Shown here: piece after piece, positions 18,901 to 22,247 of the stretch
Numbering within the stretch: position 1 is the stretch's first letter
Layout: every line of letters starts with the position of its first letter
Position numbers and translations under genes: made by a program
DNA from: Chlamydiota bacterium
GTDB lineage: Bacteria > Auribacterota > JACPWU01
Assembly: GCA_016178055.1 (NCBI GenBank)
Contig: JACOUC010000036.1
Coordinates: 9-64,008, forward strand
Length of the DNA stretch: 64,000 nucleotides
Direction: 5' to 3'
The notes under the pieces: model-generated
Seen by the model: the letters and a program-made list of their open reading frames with translations, nothing else
Database searches by the model: none
What the model was told of the DNA's origin: nothing

Positions 18901-19887
18901 GCCTCGAGCCTTCAGCCCGTTTTCCGCTTCTAGCTGCTTTACATATTCCCCCATCTCTATCTTATGCTCCCTATACTTCTCCCTTTCTTCAATGAGCTCT
19001 ATCAATTCCTTTGGATAAATTTTTTCGGACAAACCCCTAAATATATCATCTAAACCCTGCCAGACATGCTCTTGTAAATTCCTCTCCTTCAAAAGCTCCC
19101 CCATCGCCCTTAAATTCTCGACATAATCAGACAGTTCTTCCACCCCCACTCCCTTAACCTTTTTTGGCCCTTCCTTAACGAGAAAAGTCTCCACCCCATC
19201 GAGTTCATTTTTATCCAAGAATTTTTTGAGAAGAGAAGCTAAAACCCTCTGATCTGGGAAAGACCAGAAAAAGGACATGTCCATTTCACCATCAGCAGCC
19301 TCACAAAATATATGAAATGGTTTAAAATTCTCAGATACGGCTCTAACTTTGAGATTGTTTTGGCTCGAAGCTCGCCCGCCTCGCCTGACTCGTTCGTCAG
19401 ACGAGTCGCCGCCTTTGGCGAGCCTCGCCCTTTGGCGGGAGGTGGGAGGCTCAAGGCTCGAGGTAAATACTTCTGCTTTCTTTGCTTTTGCCTCGAGCTT
19501 CCAGCTTCGAGCCTCGAGCCCGTTTTTTTCTTCGAGCTTCGAGCCTCGAGCCTCTAGCTGCTTTTGTAAAATTTTCAACATCCTCTGAATATTCTCTTGC
19601 GCCTGAGAATTACAATGAATATCTTCAATAATGAAGAGATGAGGTGCTCCGGGGACATAGAATTGATCGGTCACTTCCCCTATTTCATGGGGAATACGCA
19701 TCTCCTCCAAAACTGAACTTAAATCGAGGGATTTGCGATCCACAGGATTAAACTCATTTACAGAAGTGACTGCTTTCAAATGAGTTGCGAATTGAGTATT
19801 CTGGCCAACAGAATAAGAAATGTCATAAAAGAGGAAGGAAAAACAAACGCACAAACTAATCAATGAACGCATAAACCTGACAAGCAT
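3931..19887 (-). CDS. Giant composite ORF1. Order: signal/TM, ChaN/TraB-like N-domain, M50 protease, Clp-type 2xAAA+, beta-propeller-like segment, large unknown region, GT4 glycosyltransferase, SAM-methyltransferase-like block, unknown C-terminus. It may be four fused cistrons.
   Basis: No stop from 19998 to 3931 (5355 codons). Likely start is ATG 19887 (MLVRFMRSLISLCVCFSF, signal-like), preceded by GAGAGGGG. The blocks are separated by stretches that are antisense to real plus-strand genes. In the ORF1 frame these stretches translate as S/T/L/R-rich low-complexity sequence. Confidence 0.55.
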   Translation of the reverse strand: MLVRFMRSLISLCVCFSFLFYDISYSVGQNTQFATHLKAVTSVNEFNPVDRKSLDLSSVLEEMRIPHEIGEVTDQFYVPGAPHLFIIEDIHCNSQAQENIQRMLKILQKQLEARGSKLEEKNGLEARSWKLEAKAKKAEVFTSSLEPPTSRQRARLAKGGDSSDERVRRGGRASSQNNLKVRAVSENFKPFHIFCEAADGEMDMSFFWSFPDQRVLASLLKKFLDKNELDGVETFLVKEGPKKVKGVGVEELSDYVENLRAMGELLKERNLQEHVWQGLDDIFRGLSEKIYPKELIELIEEREKYREHKIEMGEYVKQLEAENGLKARGSKLEAKAKTKGKTENVENKSLPLSSSSLEPRASSQNYPQLDFYLRLQALEKKTDASKIESEYLLFLSELEKKLPKEELNEVLRNILEHRLGRTSDEEHYLFLSKYLGMLEARGSKLEGNNLPSLRPSPGTRRSGWTRKWLEPNTAQTTRRGQEEVEDAKEGSRLRSNNKFSFQASFDISRNASRNDSGARGAVEKHSNNRINKRFEPVEKSAPYPNLQLLIQQMSLLKQISWEKLDEEIKNLEGELVENLATTPQAKELLALEKDYDLLRRVIAMEGSREDIKRLEARGSRQKQKLEKHLLRASSFEPRAKYYPRASSQAGPNDFIGDFLIQLGELAKKEAIDYESPDFGEIFNLSQKFYTQVLKRDKIMFEKSLKLIQEKKLPCAALVVGGFHTEGITKKLKEAKIGYWVIAPRMTGHDDRSAYFRKMKEQFGFISGAPDALKEASLPTLQKIARLHFLEEIRSLGEEAAFAAGLTALQFDQWQRDQEVLARELNLENWEEVARDLEGVIREIERKAGKENRSEVSDELQKNPLLWLERVTTLTQDQMRFFLSHAQTAHSIEIYLRRALELGGYVGDVDGLIRSIGGSRRVSNSANQAEMGRAASLFSTITSRFSSTLNSSKSTLTLIWFLMRRMSDSMRALLSSTLVSLFSTLETRSRVSITTSSSLSNRAFVSFLKPVNPSPKTLNWLLISSIITELYRWASSGVGIGFGVFFSFMRKIIESSPGQVKNIYVFLCIPFAAVFVANPGLLGSAVPLIAIILFSAILHEYAHGWLAARLGDRTAEEAGRLTLLRFWRHLDFWGTISFLASTLLIGIPIGWLKPVPISSWRLSESSMKKVALAGPVSNLILAVVFAVGALAANAVGPFGFLMGPLIWGVKINLALGLVNLLPLPSLDGSYVWPSLQGGEADEAISVLRKAGIASELSLLAMTSPISAFFGFGALGWCEERPLREFLADRLKTADPKTRDLFIKLFQKELEQHYGKPFKEIQANILMKEEFIQKKLDEAAKKLTQILGRIGRQLAQDAEKNPDIKSNLDSEDAEHAASHAVPEALDEMINSGAYTQERFREALTPRLIEKLREMGKMGADDEATVRKLIEECRLPDGVSVVEAIGNWLDEFKILELLQSSNEGGPTSSIVMKPAHTHSHGDGKGEHTHAQHILKIGSVLLAIGTGLLGWIFGSPVFRLSIDAIQDFEILARASSGLSASRNSDAMRRSGLSRETRIASSDDMAQASSIASNGSKGWRLWRWLALSNSVLSGTLTEIIWNIRLIIDRIEASLSRFFLLKRNLSSNRVVRQMSTLERPSSALEIMSNGAFHNSRPVPVSSSSDSQLTMTSVSRMSVGNEGTELSHLAVEGGTFLSDPPGRGLTSRRDEAAAATQERFGNISTSSRKTFRLQFSHQFRQLLQFRGHFKASFIKIVPWGASMINGRSSIASLLFTVVAGLLGYLLGVPFLRLSVGESPMEPLDDYLKRIGLNADVDLGNGQKKKEWQVLKDYTYDLALEADSARPLVGRSEEIGRIMARLATPVRIKNSLVLVGPRGVGKTALVELVSLKLARNNLDGPLKGRRIIALKAGALGSTLSEMSDNLKTLIPLLEKTNNNVILFIDEIHFLLKGPSNSIDTRIADLLKPILEKGRVTVIGATTDPEYKAYIEQDKPFEDRFTKVSVPEPSVQETETILTGAKTYLEGKFSLKIDRATIKAAVKCAQRYLSEKSQPRKAIDVLEGTMGRVNARRNSLEMTKEDFLNRLHSVINEYIDLKKEGVPDTDPTVIEVHNQMIGILEAYHTILSRLSNLRKDIRITQADVQEYLADMTGMAVGALDQDDAAKYLNIEGELHKRVVGQEDAIKAVAQAIRRARAIPGERKRPMGVFFMAGPTGVGKTELAKALAQFLFDSDQALTVFNMSEYQESHQKSRLIGSPPGYVGFQEGGQLTEAVRKRPYSVLLFDEIEKAHSDVLTTLMQVFDEGKLTDGQGNTVDFKNTLIIMTSNIGMEKIQGPLRTLAEELKTAETEEATQAIITQMNDLIAQTVETSIRAKYKPEIINRIDHIIACNVITPENIRQIARILLKRELSDFTENKFKVEVADNVYETLAQRGYDIINGARPLRRLIEQEIRDPLSNRILEEMAQGHILNGGTFHIDINPERGFQFTFDPAPPSDNRLSASQAVAPIFQKIMGLVGQTVDSQNDGVEPAVLSNLIDSERTAPKTDQMNGQYGCFWARTPLPAPPQQRQRSNHNDPQLKDAAITPFTQALPLPEEQRPIAKDWLNEFVRIAKTHNPGRFIELGSELKEGHFNIQIVREGRMSANEEKFLKTHLTGEYPDIEAARQEALRLRESGESNVRNKLLELKAQMASIPGCQLGFTEGENEVTYWLRMECTEAPKVVIVPEPVRDETGSGADSTTTTITADSAGATVTPPSSPSRKRGKKGSVTSTASDAPLGTTTPRSPDSLLTEEAKERIIKRYREYMGKKLVHILVSPDGRTVLTMRFDRTETSWGGDQYNYYLERTRYWSGQVWNVETRELLETFYGGKNWVRSAKFSEDGSQVLTTNGDGSSKIVWQLQTSQSPSLALSEEEPSSGNIIGPEVTPDEEAQWRREIEEQSDKVRSSHEPVVTLVEERSRALAGRLGSEIWSTLVQQGIENDEIVKVLAALQNPREAFKWFEARVLSREKYFLGSESALAVNLMQFLEAEEKSTGISDLVDEATLHEALERTRLTHPQIIQLTDKIFNREGKNPLGKALRRFIEAHILSGETALPAASTLQPLVVRRENVHQRITEEVRQALLSEEIGTLGKLIEGAIQSQVDQLLFLTAVNFVILQDRTLLERYQSKLNILKTKMPSTFSQTLEIYQRLSQAMEKMPDNASMAQGGRICHYDLYRAGQWRQGDQWDVPRDRNDLTLAQSRNAVEALLMKNLETGEGNILLDSLQDELGGRKLSLDDIEFPVQVIRLQEGVYQNIYFILTTLKQTKEVIPLVMVMARDAQEKSRVTSSEYQALLSHRGDAELVEVLRDGEVETQEGKVSAYTSRFINGRDEIQYISPHHAWANRIPPGYLLVNTSLPGKWGAFVEPGDMINTLAAMGRFLVRYYNPEAQTLIDGFRINAGDVGVDVRDLTAAQGRASVISGREMKFSLITWRGTKRGIDPSHFLDYYFNLHWLGSLREGEKGYRHESLGQGHDAILRTGVMQGFLLEMMKKHGNKEGLELAKVWLNHYINEIQARKLSEKPLFKVQELKAFISRYVDPALGSFSSGKGVLLPSYWLASQVTRPLDWFWVNVLGRKSLSRDFKEDFVVPFIEEIFIWALSLGSPVLYAVLRVVFVWGHERRLEAKNELEARSSREKQRTEEVFTSSFEPRASSGFSSSFRRIFIPTLISLVSLLGFFRTGLSSWEMILVVGITFYLVWNLYGARYLARAANFDSRRATRSSRILYSSKSTFTLTRFLMILRSASIRTLLSEIFSTLISPFSSRVSIFPSLISILSTLVSTFSSRVSILSTLVSIRALPSSTPRTRTRKLASSFSIRSNFLSILAKPSSVFSRSPDNPSPKTLNWPRRSSRMTATWLDFITESFSDLFSSMAGIVGQMLRQVKGKSQRAAIFLVVGMGLLILTSLIQPDIALAGLLPDIQPTSVVSNLFSNILRLWPVLAMGLIAHIVSNHWVTVTGALYQKGVLGDDANDDQGSQTSPEGSITVTQGEASTTENLSQLKEAFSGKVLVFYAPGYLEMNGVSTYMDHLLLLLAQEIKGLKIHVIVLGGGQRVSPLLKRDGGKVVVSSELEGVVQIHMTRQNNEPGQDLADEVNGLLRKILQEEGKVDLIVSESSFHYAGNAFNAFGKQNKIPVIQEFHSGPWRLLDRVPEDLVGDSRFFSPNTVNILKKADLALTVSESVQKRFQKDFGVEVECLYPVADLSFYDPRYVTTTKTDDLRVNHSLSGKTVILMSGRPVERKGYDVVLDAILGLSNDLKRNAAVVIAGFTEDMLRDGDDDYNRQFRESLYEKIQHLREEGVLIVLLGPLSAEEMRDWYFLSDIVAMPSRRDEPLKNEETFGLVSLEAQSMGKPVIVSRSGGLPETVVDGETGCIVESGNVEAFRGKIEELIRHPNLRVTMGQRARQVAGKRFSREANLERHLKLFLGVMRRTNILTEIKRIYTEINHQTIEEKNILEGIAAIFGLDFANDDERHREAGKILSIVAALPETRRKEVLENIVRFLKFMTWHASGEHRFMPLALAVVNMFEGRDIFSREPIVRFIQINPQFRYLLDMYHLYANPFGVEAEWIPTHLPSLHLSIPHKDHYRWLDIGSAPKAYGAPTLNLLRKTFEEALPGTHFSYEGTDAFFPSYSLESGEIRESAFNSADFRERGQTDVEGVTYLDARIPQNDVMSESFMQNRSAESFDFISLSMTLHHLKKPDEGVERRFLAKGVDWVDESGNAIQPFYLLTQTQQEVVERLLKRLSHQGVCFLNLPRGEIYFENQNEDLYLVIQRVGENQYCLYQEAIPFQPEYEVYSSVEFLITGLSFPGYNTSGIRSLYPDETNAFFTEINKWLYRADLLVCHYQGRDAFPWASVRAAVRAINERKGLVEIFSAYLHLVPEDEPLKSRILEGVVQFHKQNLIQNFESWAQENITAGLSLREWMESHTVYDILWTLGDATHSFAKETSLSENDLKTLDAVLVELMIQVKHPDLIREAEAHQAKTERLSLELEARRLLDEEGLGQTVQNIEQELEGKVERGEFQQSSITLDFSGDVTWSIRQDMNGASFEMEIGEMTAQLNSQTLGVTHVQMSRPRDLSLALAYLIGLKTKLRHFQKKFLAALKPSADQKPVCLFPDMDLPVQSLGGLSPTEFIKESETGNRKMVFVERKRSREEFDTLCREHQIPQDRVLFLTDLNEQDARSAIDTKVRELFRGKEAEKWLLGHRENRNLYEPIQGLFDKFMYGQEMVSVMAAICYGDAEAITRALLQHGFKPDELEGLLVDVDEHQVTPFANVSRWHDQMEKFREATEMTERSM
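5560..6070 (-). other. ORF1 block: class I SAM-methyltransferase-like region
   Basis: WLDIGSAPKAYGAPT (motif I-like) and FDFISLSMTLHHL (motif III/post-II-like). Weak call made by eye. Confidence 0.35.
6530..7800 (-). other. ORF1 block: GT4-type (GT-B) glycosyltransferase domain
   Basis: VLVFYAPGYLEMNGVSTYMDHL at the N-terminal end of the block. GRPVERKGYD and the EX7E-type ETFGLVSLEAQSMGKPVIVSRSGGLPETV motif lie toward its C-terminal end. Confidence 0.75.
8162..8190 (+). promoter_or_regulatory. Sigma70-type promoter giving a leaderless transcript of the nested coiled-coil gene (copy 1)
   Basis: TTGACT (8162..8167), 17-nt spacer, TACGAT (8185..8190), 7 nt, then ATG at 8198. The geometry is identical to 16709..16737. 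Confidence 0.6.
8198..8695 (+). CDS. Coiled-coil protein of unknown function (copy 1), nested antisense in ORF1
   Basis: MEENKSEN... with six near-perfect heptads (IETKVDK IETRLEK VETKVDK IEIRLGK IETRLEK GEIKVEK). It is a paralog of 16745..17110, sharing QFKVFGEGL and the conserved tail N.RIE.D.R.IKN..KVKVDLEE.K.LE.R. The TTG at 8162 used by the ORF track is the -35 box. Confidence 0.7.
   Translation: MEENKSENDSVMKSSHVAVILEDLRGQFKVFGEGLSGLREKTEEGFARIDKKFDRIENELANFRVRVRGVEDGNARIETKVDKIETRLEKVETKVDKIEIRLGKIETRLEKGEIKVEKISESNVRIEADLRIIKNLVKVKVDLEEYKILEDRVALLESKFAALAR
8848..8945. repeat. In-frame palindromic (GCTCGAG)n hairpin element
   Basis: Left arm 8848..8876, loop TAAATACTTCTTCGGTTCTTTGCTTTTC, right arm 8905..8928. 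In ORF1 it translates as LEAKNELEARSSREKQRTEEVFTSSFEPRASS. Confidence 0.85.
12480..14420 (-). other. ORF1 block: Clp/Hsp100-type double AAA+ ATPase
   Basis: Walker A motifs GPRGVGKT (~14264..14290) and GPTGVGKT (~13255..13280). Also ILFIDEIH, VVGQEDAI, LLFDEIEKAH and GARPLRRLIE motifs. A single TM helix precedes the block (MINGRSSIASLLFTVVAGLLGYLLG). Confidence 0.85.
14615..14643 (+). promoter_or_regulatory. Sigma70-type promoter of the nested PIN module
   Basis: TTGATC (14615..14620), 17-nt spacer, TACTAT (14638..14643). It is followed by the SD AAGGAGG (14651..14657) and ATG 14665. Confidence 0.5.
14665..14853 (+). CDS. Small protein upstream of the PIN gene, putative cognate antitoxin
   Basis: Perfect SD AAGGAGG 7 nt before the ATG. 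The ORF ends 4 nt before the PIN start. No recognisable antitoxin fold by eye. Confidence 0.45.
   Translation: MSAKLQELTELMGELEPKSLSRRSRNVAKALLGSCRGLITPRGKSSTRWIRQERSSLHSKVR
14858..15325 (+). CDS. PIN-domain (VapC-like) ribonuclease, nested antisense in ORF1
   Basis: LILDTDVIVNWL at the N-terminus, LLEL, DPFDAILLACA and SRD acidic-residue motifs of PIN domains. GTG start, with AAGGTGAG upstream. Confidence 0.8.
   Translation: MPSLPTLILDTDVIVNWLSEELETGTGRELWKAPFDIISKAEEGRSSVLICLTTLLELRFLLRRKKRLSDASIRSIINRMFQIISVNVPDKTELLRANHLQSLHPLDPFDAILLACAMSSEEAILVSRDKPLLRIASEFLEALNPEDALAKISKS
16150..16746 (-). other. ORF1 block: M50 (site-2 protease) family metalloprotease
   Basis: HEYAHGW at 16582..16596 (HExxH within a TM helix) and the NLLPLPSLDG motif. 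The block begins at an in-frame Met at 16746 (MRKIIESSPGQVKNIYVFLCIPF). Confidence 0.8.
16709..16737 (+). promoter_or_regulatory. Sigma70-type promoter giving a leaderless transcript of the nested coiled-coil gene (copy 2)
   Basis: TTGACT (16709..16714), 17-nt spacer, TATGAT (16732..16737), 7 nt, then ATG at 16745. Confidence 0.6.
16745..17110 (+). CDS. Coiled-coil protein of unknown function (copy 2), nested antisense in ORF1
   Basis: MNEKKTPKPIP...IIEEMRSQFKVFGEGLTGFRKE...KVKVDLEEFKVLENRL. Paralog of 8198..8695. Confidence 0.7.
   Translation: MNEKKTPKPIPTPEEAQRYNSVIIEEMRSQFKVFGEGLTGFRKETNARFDRLEEVVMDTRERVSRVENRLTKVEESNARIESDIRLIKNQIKVKVDLEEFKVLENRLVIVEKRLAALPISA
17946..18050. repeat. In-frame palindromic (GCTCGAG)n hairpin element
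   Basis: Arms 17972..18000 and 18028..18050, loop TAAATGCTTCTCCAGTTTTTGCTTTTG. Translated as LEARGSRQKQKLEKHLLRASSFEPRA. Confidence 0.85.
18290..18577. repeat. Composite GC-richer insertion ending in a (CCTCGAG)n arm
   Basis: Contains the 20-mer GTTCGAGCGTAGTCGAGAAC (18400..18419), an internal IR CCTTCCTTCGCG/CGCAAGGAAGG, and the arm 18550..18577. ORF2 and ORF3 have no counterpart in their N-domains. Confidence 0.6.
18798..18917. repeat. In-frame palindromic (GCTCGAG)n hairpin element, long-loop variant
   Basis: Arms 18798..18827 and 18888..18917, with a ~60-nt loop similar to that of 54885..55004. Confidence 0.85.
19362..19556. repeat. In-frame (GCTCGAG)n element with a nested GC-rich hairpin insertion
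   Basis: GGCTCGAAGCTCG ... [GACTCGT-TCGTCAG-ACGAGTC hairpin] ... GGCTCAAGGCTCGAGG TAAATACTTCTGCTTTCTTTGCTTTTG CCTCGAGCTTCCAGCTTCGAGCCTCGAGCC. Confidence 0.8.
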
Positions 19888-20069
19888 GACAACCCCTCTC
19901 GATCTTGAAAAAATCAATAATGACTGCAAGCTTACATAAGTAAAGACACTTTGGGGACTAGAAATGTAAAAATAAAAATTTAGAAATTTCCATCTCACAA
20001 TTGATAAAGGAAGGTTTCTTATAGAATAACCAGCTATTCCTTCAAGCCCTTACATAATGATTTCCTCTA

Positions 20070-20232
20070 CTTTATGGAACTGTTGCAAAATGTAAGCTTT
20101 ACCGTTCGAGCGCAGTCGAGAACAAATGTTTTGAGCTCGAACTTCTCGATTCGGCTCGAAATCTTCGACTTCTCGAGACTCGGCTCGAAGAATAACGGGT
20201 GATGCACATTTTGCAACAGAGCCTTTATGAAC
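20070..20232. mobile_element. MITE-like element in the intergenic region upstream of ORF1
   Basis: 13-bp perfect terminal IR, TGTTGCAAAATGT (20081..20093) and ACATTTTGCAACA (20206..20218). Flanking direct repeats CTTTATGGAAC and CTTTATGAAC. The interior is rich in TCGAG/CTCGAA motifs and carries the 20-mer GTTCGAGCGCAGTCGAGAAC (20104..20123). Confidence 0.55.
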
Positions 20233-20286
20233 TAAAAGTAACTGTTTTTATATACCTTTAGTTCACATTGTTTTCCAATCTCCCTT

Positions 20287-21978
20287 TCACCCCACCTTAA
20301 CAAGCCCCAACGTCACATCATCGGTTTGGGGCTGATCTTGGATGAATTCTGTTACTTGCTTTAAAAGTTTTTGGAGAATCACTTTCGCCTTCTCGTGTGA
20401 GGCCTCTTTGAGGACATTTTCGATGGCAGGTATAAAATAATGCTCGAAAGTTTGATGAAAAGCATTTCGAGCATGAAGGGCTCCATCCGTGTAAAAGAAA
20501 ATTTTATCTCCTTTTTTTAATTCTATATTTTTTTCTTCAATCATATTTTCAGAATCCCAATCAGAGACCCCTAATGCAACACCCTTGGTAGTTAATTGAA
20601 TCTTTTCCTTTCCTTCATCCCTCATGATTAAAAGAGGTAAATGCCCAGCTCTCGCAAAAGAAAGAACATCATTCTTAACATCTAAAAAAACAATATTGCA
20701 ACTGATCAACATATCTTTTTTCAAGTTCTTCAAAAGCCATTGATTAAGTGTGTTAAGTAATTCCTTCGGCGATAAAGCCCCTTTTATTTTGGTCTTAAGC
20801 ATTAAACGAAACATCGCCATCGCAAGCGCTCCCGAAATACCCTTGCCGCTCACATCCGCCAAGACCAAGGCCAATCGATAATCATCGACCCAATACCAGT
20901 CATAATAATCATTCCCGACTTCTTTTGCAGCCCAGCGGCAAAATGAAAAATCAAATCCTGGAATTTCTGGAAATTCTTTTGGAAGTAAAGCCTGATGAAT
21001 TTGATCAATGGCTTCAGATTCATATTTCACATTCTGCCCTTCTCCATAAATCTTTTGATACTGCCGCACTTGAGAAAGACTCACCGCCACTTGTGCCGCA
21101 AATCCGCTCAAAAAACGCAAATCATCTTCTTCAAATTGACCCATTTTAAAAAGCGTATCGCAATAGATCATCCCTAGAACATTTTTCTTTAAAATAATCG
21201 GAACACAAATCGCTGATTTGATCCCATGAATCTGTACGGTTTGCGATTTTCGAAATCTTTCATCCTGACCTGCATGCACACAAAGAACGCCCACCCCTTC
21301 ACGAAGAACGGTATCCAAAATTTCCTTACTGATCTCCAAAGGATAATATCCAGCCCGATCCGTTCCACGTCGAATGCTCCGGGGAACAAATTCTTGAGTC
21401 TTTTCATCACAGCAAAGAATGACATAGCGGTCTGCAGAAATAACTTCTCCTATCAAGTCCAAAATTTTATAAATCAAAAAATCCTCTTCTAAAATAGAAT
21501 TTAAAATAGAGCTTGCCCGATAAAAAAGTGAAAGATTTTTTTCTGTTTTTTTGATGAGTTCTAAATCTGAAAAAGAAGGTTCAAATTCAAGATAAGAAGA
21601 AAGATCCTGACTCGGAAAGATTTGAGCAATCGGCGGAGAAATTAATTTTTTGGTAACGACTTCCAAAGGGTTTTCTCTTTCTTCATGAGATAACGCAAGG
21701 GCACTCGAAAATTTTAGAAGCGTCCCTCCCAAAAGAATTTCATCCCCCTCTTTGAGCACATACCGATTAATAAATATGCCATTGACATATGTCCCATTAA
21801 CGGCATCTAGATTTCGAAGAATGTAGGAGCCTTCATCCTTGCTAATTTGGGCATGAAACTCTGAGACGCGCAGATCATGAAGAACCCATTGATTGCTCTT
21901 ATCTCGCCCAATGGAAACCCCCTCATGAATAGGATAGACCTGTCCTTCTTCAACACCATGAATAACAATGAGATTCAT
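20287..21978 (-). CDS. FHA - GAF - PP2C/SpoIIE-type phosphatase regulator
   Basis: N-terminal FHA (VSIGRDKSNQWVLHDLRVSEFHAQI...NGTYVNG), a central GAF-like region, and a C-terminal SpoIIE-like PP2C (GNDYYDW...ADVSGKGISGALAM...TDDVTL). Confidence 0.85.
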   Translation of the reverse strand: MNLIVIHGVEEGQVYPIHEGVSIGRDKSNQWVLHDLRVSEFHAQISKDEGSYILRNLDAVNGTYVNGIFINRYVLKEGDEILLGGTLLKFSSALALSHEERENPLEVVTKKLISPPIAQIFPSQDLSSYLEFEPSFSDLELIKKTEKNLSLFYRASSILNSILEEDFLIYKILDLIGEVISADRYVILCCDEKTQEFVPRSIRRGTDRAGYYPLEISKEILDTVLREGVGVLCVHAGQDERFRKSQTVQIHGIKSAICVPIILKKNVLGMIYCDTLFKMGQFEEDDLRFLSGFAAQVAVSLSQVRQYQKIYGEGQNVKYESEAIDQIHQALLPKEFPEIPGFDFSFCRWAAKEVGNDYYDWYWVDDYRLALVLADVSGKGISGALAMAMFRLMLKTKIKGALSPKELLNTLNQWLLKNLKKDMLISCNIVFLDVKNDVLSFARAGHLPLLIMRDEGKEKIQLTTKGVALGVSDWDSENMIEEKNIELKKGDKIFFYTDGALHARNAFHQTFEHYFIPAIENVLKEASHEKAKVILQKLLKQVTEFIQDQPQTDDVTLGLVKVG

Positions 21979-22070
21979 GAGTTATCCATTTTCAATTTTA
22001 AATTATCAATTTGTTTTAGATAGCCAATCGCCACAACTTATTCTACAATCTTTTTCCAAAATCTAATGTA

Positions 22071-22236
22071 ACCCAAGAACAGAGATAGGAAAATGGAATT
22101 CGACGCAAGATCTTGGCCATCTTGTCCTTCAGAAAGCCTCGACAGACACCTCTCAGTGTATGCCTACGTTTTCTTCAGGCCAATCTAGCTCAAGCTTTTG
22201 CGTCTCGGTTCTCATTTCCTATCTCTGTCCTTGGGT
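22071..22236. repeat. 166-bp element with ~48-nt imperfect terminal inverted repeats (MITE-like, or a structured 5' leader)
   Basis: ACCCAAGAACAGAGATAGGAAAATG (22071..22095) pairs with CATTTCCTATCTCTGTCCTTGGGT (22213..22236). Complementarity continues inward (GACGCAA/TTGCGTC). The element ends 12 nt before the debranching-enzyme ATG. Confidence 0.6.
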
Positions 22237-22247
22237 ACGAATGAATC

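Larger units (their letters stand above)
17640..19720 (-). other. ORF1 block: N-terminal ChaN/TraB/Tiki-like domain, expanded by four repeat insertions
   Basis: FIIEDIHCNSQAQ near the start and VVGGFHTEGI near the end resemble the GExH...GxGH signature of ChaN/GumN/TraB proteins. It is homologous to the N-domains of ORF2 and ORF3. Confidence 0.4.

Noticed and set aside
3931-19998. Alternative genetic code or stop-codon reassignment as the explanation for the 16-kb ORF
   Set aside because: Neighbouring genes terminate normally on TAA, TGA and TAG, and the nested plus genes also end on TAA, TAG and TGA. The ORF simply contains no stop triplets in frame.
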